From positions 5,296,137 through 5,360,136 of the forward strand of contig CM082595.2 of the NCBI GenBank assembly GCA_040954595.2: 64,000 nucleotides of DNA. Reading direction: 5' to 3'. Shown here one piece after another: positions 24,242 through 64,000 of this stretch. Source of the DNA: Balanoglossus misakiensis. Lineage: Eukaryota > Animalia > Hemichordata. The notes under the pieces were generated by a model. It saw only the letters and a program-made list of their open reading frames with translations, ran no database searches and was not told where the DNA came from. The number at the start of each line of letters is the position of its first letter. Position 1 is the stretch's first letter. A program made the position numbers and the translations under genes.

Positions 24242-27200
24242 GTACATAATTATTCAAACATACATTCATACGTACATACATACTCAATAGATGCATGCAT
24301 ATATTATAGGAACATTATACATACTGGTATATGCCGTATATACATAAGCCTCCCCTTGCAGTGGGCGGCAACCATATTACCAGGGTTCCCAAAGTACAAA
24401 ACGTTTCCCTACCCTAGCAAAATCACTTACCTGGGAATAGGCTATTTAATTCCAGTTTAAAAATGCATTGTACTCATGTAGTTGATAAGACTCGCATACA
24501 AGCCTGCAGCACAACAAATTGACATGCCATAGAAATGTTACTGATAAAAAATACCAAAAGCACGTTCTTTCAGGGTTTCTGTGATAATTAATTCTAAGAA
24601 AATGAGAAATCTCTGAAAAGAATGGGCTGAGCTTAGGAATAGTGCAATTTAAGGTTTTTGCAACTTTTGTATAAAAAGATGAATGCTAAGAGTGATAATC
24701 ATAATGTTACAGCAGTTGTGATTTATGAAGGGTTGTGATGTGTTTTTGAGATTATGAATGCAAAAGATGCTTACAAAGATTGCAGTAGAATATTATAAAG
24801 GATGATAGATTGAAGTATGATATTGGACTGGTGCAGGTTGTATGGATAAGAGGGTTAAATGCAAGCAAATATTTTGCAGCCGGGGCAGTTAACCTGTACT
24901 CATACACTACACTTTTGCTTTTTCACTTGTTTTAATAATACTCAGTAGGTTTTGTGCAGATCCCTGTCCTTTTGAAAAAAGGTTCTTGGCCAAAATTTTC
25001 ATGTTGCACACTTGTCTTCTGAGGGCACTCGATTTTGAGATCTTCAAATTTCATACTTTTGAGACTATACTTTGGTGTCACATGTTACTAGTGTAAAAAA
25101 TGGTGTACCGTAGTGTGATAGTTTTGTATCTGGTAGTAATATAAGCCTTACTAACACTGTTTTGACTGTTATGATACACTGGTATATAGCTATAGGGTAA
25201 AACATGAATAGCATTTGTTCATTTATTAATTAGCCTCAGTTGATGCTCAAAATTAGAAAATAGAAATACTCAGTAGGGGAGAAAGTTTTGTAATTGATAT
25301 AAAATAAAACATAGGATTCCAGTTTCAAAACCTGGTAACTGATATTAAAGAACAATTAAATATGATCTGACTGTTCTGCTGCAGAGACAAATGGAAAGGT
25401 CAGTTGGAAATAGTGTGTCTGGATTTAGTTGCTAATTCTGCATGCGATCTGTTGATGTGACCGGCGGGTGGGTGGGAAATATGGGTGGGGAATGTCCAGG
25501 GTGAACAGTCCAGATGCCAGCCAAAGGTGATCCATAAATTGGCTAGGAACTATTTGTTAGTTGTATGTACATGTAGCCTTTTTCTTACATGTGTACAGTT
25601 CGTGTCTAGTCAGAATCTGAGTTGCCGCAGAAGCACCAACCTGTATATGTTCAGTTTGAAGTTTCAAAAATGAAGTAATACTAATAGTCCAAGAAAGTAT
25701 AAATTTGCTCAATTATTTAAAATTTCTGGATTGAAGAATGATCAGAAGAAAAATCTTTCAGAAATTTCCAAGTCGCAGACTGACTTATTATTATAATTGA
25801 TGTATTTCAAAATGTTCATCAGAGCCATCTACACCTAAGCTGCCTTTATTTTTAGGTCACTGATTCTAATTCTGTCTAACTCTCAATATGAAACTTCCAC
25901 TCATTTTTGCTGGTAAGGTGGACATTTTTAGCTCACGTACGTGACAAAATGTACATATGAGAAATATTCAAATGATGTTGGCAAAACGATAAAATTTTAC
26001 ATACAAATCCTGACCTGAAATGGCAATTTGAGTTTGAGTGGGGTTCAAGACAGAAATCATTAACCCTTTGTGCACTTACCCCTGATAAGCTATACAGGTC
26101 TGTCATTTAACTTTTTTCTTAGCTTAAGTATTGATATTGTTTATAGTAGTTGTGGATTTGGAATCCATTTAAAGTTTACACAACAGGCCATGTATTCATG
26201 AATAAAATTGATAACTAGGTCAGAAGAAATATTTCATTACTAATGTGACATGGATCATTTTATCCAGAAGGCCCTTATAACTCAACCAACTACAATTTGA
26301 ATTTCATTTGCTTTGACGATGTCAAATTTTAATGATTTTTTCCTGGTGGACCCAAAAGGCATTTTGTGGTTTAATAATGATACATGACAGTGCGGGCATT
26401 ATGATTTGTAGCCTGCTGCCTGTGTGATGGATGATGCTGATATTGATGATGTCCAAGTCTAATTTCACTCGGTAATCTCCCATATGAACGATCAATTCAT
26501 TCACTTGGGGAGAGTTAATTTATCTTCTGTAAGCAAATACAAGTGAGCTCAGTTGGTTCGACATGGGAACATAAACATATAAGTCTCCCAAGCCAGCCCC
26601 TGACTTGAATAATTTGTATGCATTTTAATGTAAACTGCTCACATGGCTCTGTTACTACACCTTTAAAAACCAACAACAAACAAAACAAAACCCCAACAAA
26701 CAAACAAAACAAACAATACGTTTTGAGGTTTATAGTTATATGGATGGGACAATAGTTTTCAAACTCAATCGAGTTAATGAAACTATATAACTAAGTTATT
26801 TTTTTAAGGTTTAGAGACATCATACTTTTAAGAAATGAGTACTGGGTTGCCATAAAATTGTATTGTTCTACTCTGAAATGCAAACAAGGAAGTGCATTGG
26901 GATTTCATTAAGAATTAAACAATGTCATAAATATGCAATCCAGTCATGCATGTATTTGCTGTAGCCCTGAAGAAATATTCCATAATTAACATGTCAGAGG
27001 CACTGTCTGTAGTTCCATGATCACTGCATGAATATAAGCATTCAGTGCTTGTGGGTTAGGGGAGAAATGTGAGGGAGGGAGGGCTGGAGGTGACAGAAAT
27101 GGAGGGAGGGAGAGAGGGGTGGGTGGAGTCGAGTGATGTTTCAGTTGGTCCATCTTAGTTGTAGGCCGCATTGACTCTATAGAGTTTGCATTCATGTTCA

Positions 27201-28569
27201 TTGTTGAAGTACATGCAATGTGTAAAAGTGTGTCAACCATACCCGGAGTCTTTAATTAAACATATTGACATCAGCAAAGGGAAAGTACAGAAGTGGATAT
27301 CACATCCCTTGTGCAGCAATGTCAATACATTAATAATGATTCCACGATAACGAACAAAAGATGGAGAAAAAAAATTTGCTCCTTTTATCTCTTTTCATGG
27401 TAGAAGTAGCAAAGGTGTAATTTCCGTTGTAATGATAAAAAAAGTATGTCACTCATTATTGGGTCACATATATTTAGAGACAACTCTTTCAAATATGGGG
27501 ATTGAAACATCAGGAAGAGATAGGGGTTCAATAAGTGACCCGCTTTCAAAATTAGAAAATGATGAAGTTCATTTCTTGATGTGTATTGAGTCAAATCCCT
27601 TGTGTGAACTTGTTTCTTTACATTAATGTCTTGAGTGTTTTTATTATCGTTCTATTGATAAATTTCAACGCTGATAATTCTATGGGTCATAGTTAACGAA
27701 TGAAATGAAAATATTAAGTTTTTTTTTACAGCAATCGATATGGAATAAGAGGCGAATTCTGTGAAAGTGGGCCCTGCAACCTGAAGAAAAATGCCAATGT
27801 TGTATTTAAATATGCAAAAAAAGCCCTGCAAAGGGATACAATTTTCTAAACTAGTTTCTAAACTGCTTTTAAAGAAAGATGTTTTACTTATATTAGTTTT
27901 TAAGATTATACATTTTTTTATATCAAAAACACCCCAGAACATGTCAGTGCTCGCTTTTAGAGCAAGTAACTTTAAAAATACCCCAGAAGTTGTCTGAATT
28001 GATACGAGATGACATTTCAAATATAGAAAGTGTGTAACGTTATACATGAACACAAAATACTGCCACTCAGAGTTCCTTGTGTTAGGAGGAGGAATCGCCC
28101 ACAGCTCATACAAGACATCACACATAGTGCTTTTGTCCATACATGGCCGTATTTTGTGACTAACCCTGGTGTATTTACATGACAATAAATTTTAAGTATT
28201 TGTATATCTGCAATCATGATATATCATTAAGATTGGTCATTCACAAATTTTAATTGGCAAAACAGAAATAAATTTTTAACTTGCTGAAAATAATTATGAT
28301 GTAATGCAATACAGTACACATTTACGCGTCTATATTGAGTAAGCTACTGTCAAATTTATCTAAAGAAGTAACAGTCGGTAACAAAAGTTATGAGATGTTG
28401 TGCTGCTAGTGGTTGAGTATCATTGTACCTAATTTTAGGTCAAACTTTATTTGTCACCAACATAGTGGCTGGTTTGATACTGGCGTCTGTTACCATTTTT
28501 GGATCCATCAGAAATTCCAACTATGCGCCAGCTAGTGCGTGGTGTTGTCGAGAACCGACTGCCCACCGA

Positions 28570-28652
28570 ATGTTTGGGTTGACATCACCCAGGGTGGCCG
28601 GAATTCTTGATTCCCAGGGGAGTTGCCCTCAGAATATGCTTAACTACAGAAG
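28570..28652 (+). CDS. Candidate alternative first coding exon of KCNAB (MFGLTSPRVAGILDSQGSCPQNMLNYR-R)
   Basis: GC-richer island with acceptor TTTTAG| at 28438 and phase-2 donor AG|GTCAGG at 28652/28653, in frame with exon 36877. Peptide loosely resembles the vertebrate Kv-beta2 N-terminus ([20 protein letters not shown], recalled from memory). Confidence 0.55.
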
Positions 28653-31600
28653 GTCAGGGTTCAATTAGAAAATGGATCTGTAGAAACGATATCTTTTATT
28701 CTGATGAACACTGGGAGATTTATTATTTCAACAGATGTGTTGTATGCAGGAGATAACGTAGATGTTTTCATAACAAGAAAAAAATCGTGTATTTCATTGA
28801 TTTTGACACATCACTTGAATATTTTGACGTAGGTTCTAATATATGATGACATGGAAAAATGTATTGATCTAATATTGATATCAACATTGATTTTAAGCTA
28901 CATTTGCTATAATTTAAAAATGTGATATTTTAAAAAGAAAATGTTCAGTGGGATTTATAAATGAAAAGTAACGGAATCGTGTTGTAGGACGCAAAGTGTA
29001 CACTACCAATTAAGATTTGAGGCAGACAACATGGAATGTGATTTGTTTATTGTGTGTACTATGCGGCGAGAAAGTGATACCAAGCAATCGGAAACATGCA
29101 TTATACATGTGTGTGAACAGCAACCTTGTGTCAATGTCAAGTTTGTGACAAGTCAAGGTTAGACAGCCAATTAGACCTTTGTGACAACTGACGTTGGCAC
29201 CACCAGTGAAATATATATTTGCATCGGTCAAATTGTGTATTTCATATCAAATTCCAAGTAAATGCAACTTATCAAATTTGGTAATTTAGGTACTAAGTAA
29301 GGTACAAATACTATTGTTTATAACGTTATTCATCAAAATATTTGCAATATGCAACTGTGTTTGTTACATTGTTAAATTGTATGACAATTATTCCATAAAT
29401 AAAAAACAGACATGTCTGGTTTAGTACTATATTGCTTTTTCTTATATGCAGCTTTATCTTCAAATAAAGAACACCTTCCATGTTTATCATAATTCCATAT
29501 TTAAAATGACCAAAATTCACTAAATTGATACATCAGTAAGGGGTCACATCAATGCTGATCCAGCTATAATATATGTTTAAAAATACACAATTAATATAAG
29601 AAAACTCAATGGTATATTTTGCAACAAATTAATGCAAGAACTTGCAGCTATGGTAGACAATTTGGAAGCTTAGTGAAACTGACCGAGAGTAAATTGAACT
29701 TATTTGTCGAGGAATGTGTTTCCTTGATAATAGAATCGATAGTGTTTTCAGTGATGTTTCAGGTCATGGAAAGGTCAGTATGCTCATAACTATTTTATTA
29801 TCTGGAAATAATTTGTATAATGGAGTAATTTTTGTACAGCTATCTTCAGATACAATGCCAACTGGGTCCTATCTAGTGGAATTTAATTGCTCAGTTTGAC
29901 GCGGATGTTTGGTAACCAAAGCATACCACCCTGTGTTATATTTGTGTTGTCCAGTGATATGTTATCTGGCATGGTCAGATAGGTTATACCACTGGGATTC
30001 CAGGGGTGAGTAGATCAAATGTGTGGGTGTTGTGTAGTTACAGATAAACACATCATCACTAATCAGGGCCGCAAGGGTGCTGTCACTGACTCTGTGGTTG
30101 AAGTTTTCTGTAGGCCTGAATTTACCTGTATATACTGTCACAAAACATAGTGAGACATGATTAATTATGATTATGCATCACGATCAGATGTTGGGACATC
30201 TAGTTGATCTGCAGATATGGTTTGCGTTACAGTACAAGTGATCTAAAACACCCACCAAGGGCAAGGTTGTCGCTATTGCTGATATTCTCTGACGTCCACA
30301 TACATCCGCTCCCGTCGACTTTCTCCAATACCCTATATCATATCACGTCTTGTCATCTCTTTGCTGGGAAAAGTTCAGTGACCCCTTGATCTCGACTTTT
30401 ATGTTGATTATCTCACGAAGTGTATTAGTTCCTGCGTGTTTTTGAGACTTCTCTTGGTTTGGCCACTGAGGGCACACTGTCAAGAATGCGGCAGAGAAAT
30501 GAACTTGGGGCGGAGTATGATTGAATCAAAGAATAAAAAATATGACATTGATGGCAATTATAAGTATTCCTTCCAAGAGAAATCGCGTTAGTGTTTAAAT
30601 TGAATTTCATGTTCAAAGGCCCTTAAGTTAAATGTTGACCCCAAAATATCTGATTTTCTTGGATATTCCCTGAATACTGAACACTCAAAGATATGGCCTT
30701 TAATTATATCTCAACAACATTCATTTGTTGCACAACATGTGAAGGCTAGACTTTCCCTCCCAGTGTCTAAAACTACGCAGCAAGAAAAAGAAGAAAAACA
30801 GTCTCCATAAAACGATCACTTGGCCATAAATTGTGACATAATGTTTTGTTGTGGTATGCGGAGAAAGTAAATTTGCCGCATCTTGGAATGTGATCTGCTA
30901 GTGATCTGTAACTCGGGTCACGACTCCTCGACCGAGCGCAGTCTAGCTTTACTTAATGTCACAGCATTTCTTATTCCAAAATTTTATTGATAAATTACCA
31001 TAATTATTTTAAAAATATGATTATTTTTCATAATTACTTGTGAAATTAACGTAGCAAAAATTTTCATACTTTTTGTGCGTAAATGTAGATGTGAGTTACC
31101 TCGAATTTATCACGTTTCTGTGATCAGAACGTTGGAAACAATTTTGCTAGTAATAGACCAAAATAATATCAAAGGATGGCATCTTTGTCCATTTAACTCA
31201 CTGGGTTTCAAGAACTTGGTTTGATTTAGTACGACTATAAATGTTACCGTGATTTATGTAATGTGCTTGTTTACTGCTCGTGGTATGATTGGTAAATGAT
31301 CATCTCATGTTATGGGATTCTCATTCTAAAGGGAAAAAAATACTTAGTGATTGCAAATGATTTGTCTCTCCGACTGAAGTACATTGATGTTTTAATGGTG
31401 CGTTGAGTTCATATAAGTGTTATGAGTCTTCTGAGAAATGTATACGGAAGTGAAATGGACTTAGTGTGAACGTAATAAATGATTCTCAGCTCATTGCGCG
31501 ATCTCGCAAGACTTGGTTTATTACAGGTTGCTAGCTAAGTAATACAAGTCAGAGTTTGTATGAAACTAGTATAGGTGCAGATTTGAACAAAAATTGTGAG

Positions 31601-32492
31601 TTTTATGCCGTTTAACCCAATAGGCCACATACTGTTTGCCCTGTGTCACATGACAAAATTGTCTATTCTCCTATATCCAGAAGTTAAACTTAATATCCCT
31701 GTTACCTTGTTTGGCAGGAAAAATCTTACCCAGGTTAAACTTAAGTCAGTGTCAAGTTCAGTGTCAGTGTTGTTGTTCTGAGCATACATACAGTGTATGT
31801 ATATGAATAAAGCGAGATAGAAGTTTACCATATATGGTCTTTCAGCCCCAGACAGATGACCTTTGACTCCTCACAGCAGTGTGGGTGAAATTCCCTGTAA
31901 CTCTCCATTTGTGATATTGATACTCAGCTTATGGTGCTTTCGTGTATTAAAACAGATCAAACTGATACAGCAAAAAGAAATGCTGTACGCTTTTAAATTT
32001 TTTACATTGTGTTATTTAATACGATGAACATGTGTTATGAGATCAGTGGTGGACGAACCAATAAATCATGGACACAGCCCTGGTCTCACCTGATTTCCAG
32101 GCAGAGAGCATTTAGTAATCAGTTACGGCGTAAAATTTTTATTATGCTGATGTCTGGTTGATGAATATTGTATTTGAGTCGTGTTGCTGTGGTTTGACTA
32201 TCGCCCAAGTCTTGTAGTTTCCTGATATTGGTGATGGTAGTAAGTCAAGATTTTCATTGGTGCGTTTTTTATATTTTTTTTATCATAGTAGAAGTCATAG
32301 ATTATTGTTTTGTTATAAGATTTCTTAGGCTGGAAACTTCTAGTTTTTTTGTGTATGTTCTTTTCATATATGCGAGTTTTGGACGCAACAACATACGATA
32401 TAAAGAACAGTGGATCTATGTTGCTAAACAGTGAAATGCTACAAGTTGTGGGATTAATTTTGGACAGCTTTACTTTCTGCTGAAATGGATTT

Positions 32493-32576
32493 TTACCCCT
32501 TTCCCCACCATGGTTTGGCCCTAATCCATTGTTTTCTATGGTAAGGTTGGACTTTTAAAATGGGAAACAGGGGTGA
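32493..32576 (-). mobile_element. piggyBac-like mini-MITE, inverted and one-end-truncated copy
   Basis: CCATTGTTTTCTATGGTAAGGTTGGAC...GGAAACAGGGGTGA is the reverse complement of the 2158-2250 interior. Confidence 0.75.
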
Positions 32577-33309
32577 CTGAAACTGATTTATTTCACAGGA
32601 CAAGGAATGCAGATTGTGTAGGATAAGCTGATCTGGAATGTTCCCCGGGTCTTTAGATAAAAGTCGCTTCCTATGCGTGGCTTTGATTCTTGTACCAGAA
32701 TTCTTTTGTTAAAAGCCCTGGATGTATAGAAGCCCGCTTTTGAGTGAAAGAGATAGTGAACTTAGCATGGGTGAATTGAGAGAAAAAAAGAGGAATAGAC
32801 AAAAGGGGCAAATGGCAGAGGGACCGAGCAACAAAGCATGACTGGTTTGAGTTCAGGTCTTTATGCAGGGAGGCTGCGAGTGGTTGGTTCATTGGTAATT
32901 GTTAAATTCTCAAATACGTGTATGCTTGATACAATGCCCCCCCCCCCCACCCACATGTCAAAGGCAAGATAGGGAGACATACCGCAATTGTTTCTAACTC
33001 ACTAACTAACAGCAGGTTTGAATCTAACCTGTTACAGGGGGTATTACCACAGGGCAGGTGAAACGCATGCTCATAGCAATCGGCATGGATAGTGCCATAC
33101 TATCCATACTCTACAGTACCCACCTCTCACATATTTAACCAGCCTTTAATGTAATCAGAAATCCAAATCTGCACACCCAACTGCTGTGTGATAAAATGCT
33201 AACGTTTTTATTCCTCTTTTCATTTGCAGATTTGACCCGACTCGCACTTTTTTGATAGGATGATATATATACACGTCTTGCATCTGTGAGAAATTGAGAG
33301 ATGTGAAAG

Positions 33310-62774
<29,465 letters not shown>

Positions 62775-64000
62775 GTAAGTCAGAATTTAGTTTTGGGCAT
62801 ATATGTGGAAACAGGCAAAATAGTGGAACTAGAAAGTTCTTTGATGGAAACAAATCAAATGAAATTAATACCTGGTCGAAAAGAATATGAAGCTGTCAGG
62901 CTATATTATAGCAGCTATACGTTTTTGGTTTAAGACATGTTTGAAACTGTAGTCTTTTTTACTGAATTTAGGCCAACTCTTATTCATTGGTGTATTGAAA
63001 AAACTCTTTACTTAGCATCCTCAGAAAAAGTACAGTCACTGGGAACAGTTTTGAAAGAAACACAAGTGGAAAATGCAGAGTTTGATGGATTTCTTTTATC
63101 CAGTCCATTGAATTTCATCCCACGTACAAATGTACACAGAGCGTGAGATGTTTCCATGTAGTTCTGTGAAATTCGATTAAAATGTAGAATAAAGAGGAGG
63201 GAGCAAAGTGTGACCCTTGCAAACCAGTAAATGCATTTGCGCCATTGTGAGGCGATAGAACCCTGACTTGTCTTGGATGTTGGTGTCAAAGTTAAGAGCC
63301 TGTTCTTTATGTTGAAAAAATTAATCATGTGTAGCTCTCTGTACGTCTCTTTGTGTTGGAGTCCTGTGTGTTAGGTAATGGATGCTATCAGTAATGGAAT
63401 GCAAAGCCCACAGGACCTATCAAGAGATACTTTGAATTCAACTTACAGAAATGTCCAATTTCAATTAAATTAACTGGTTTTACTGGGAGACGTTTTACAT
63501 TGACGCAATTACGTACATAAGAGGCATAGAGACGTACAAGAAATGATTAACTGTGGAATGCTGGGCCCCAGGGATGGCTTTACAGAGAATTTTTTTTATT
63601 GATGGACACAGAAATTTCCAGCTGTAGAAAGTGTGTAGTTCTAGTCTGTTCCATTTAAAATGAAAATTGTATTTCTTTCCTTTAGTCAGACAGTCCTGTT
63701 TGTTGGATATTAATTGTCCTCAAGGGTGGCTAGTGGCCCAGTTTAAGCTTTCATTTTGTACTACAGTAAAACCTGTATAAACCAAACTTTGTCTAATCTG
63801 AAAACTTTTTTATACTGAGCAATTTTCAGTCCCTTTTTGCATAGAAACACATGTTAAAAGAACTTTATACCAAACATCTCTGCAAACTGAACAATTTCTC
63901 AAGTCCCTTTGGTGTTTGGCTTTAGTCAGGTTTTTCTGTGTATTTTATGTGTGCTTGCTTGTAAATGTGATGTGCTGTCTCTGATTTGATTTTTTTTCTT

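Noticed and set aside
24014-24296. MYVC/YIHT-repeat ORFs (also 16241-16477 and 61908-62268)
   Set aside because: Translations of tetranucleotide microsatellites.

Overview
Eukaryotic, AT-rich, intron-rich animal genomic DNA, most likely an invertebrate deuterostome such as an acorn worm (taxon inferred from gene content and repeat style, not proven). Four + strand genes can be reconstructed by eye. (1) The last 13 coding exons of the DEAD-box helicase DDX55/Spb4 (1-4586). (2) An intronless, GC-rich RING + NHL-repeat gene of the TRIM2/3/71 type lacking B-box and coiled-coil (6784-8106). (3) An 81-aa hydrophobic membrane microprotein of unknown function (10829-11074). (4) The 5' part of a voltage-gated K+ channel beta subunit gene (KCNAB/Hyperkinetic, aldo-keto reductase fold), whose tiny exons (44, 38, 80, 90 nt) are spread over ~50 kb and which continues past the window end. 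The most interesting signal is a set of candidate alternative first coding exons (11559-11719, 16565-16707, 28570-28652, 33310-33332). All end in phase 2 on an Arg codon, so each could splice in frame onto the common NLGKSG exon and give Kv-beta isoforms with different N-termini; several carry uORFs. Introns contain several TTAA- and TA-flanked MITE families, microsatellites, short tandem duplications and one near-perfect 69-nt hairpin. Nearly all short ORFs in the supplied track are spurious. No prokaryotic systems, CRISPR, rRNA or tRNA were seen.
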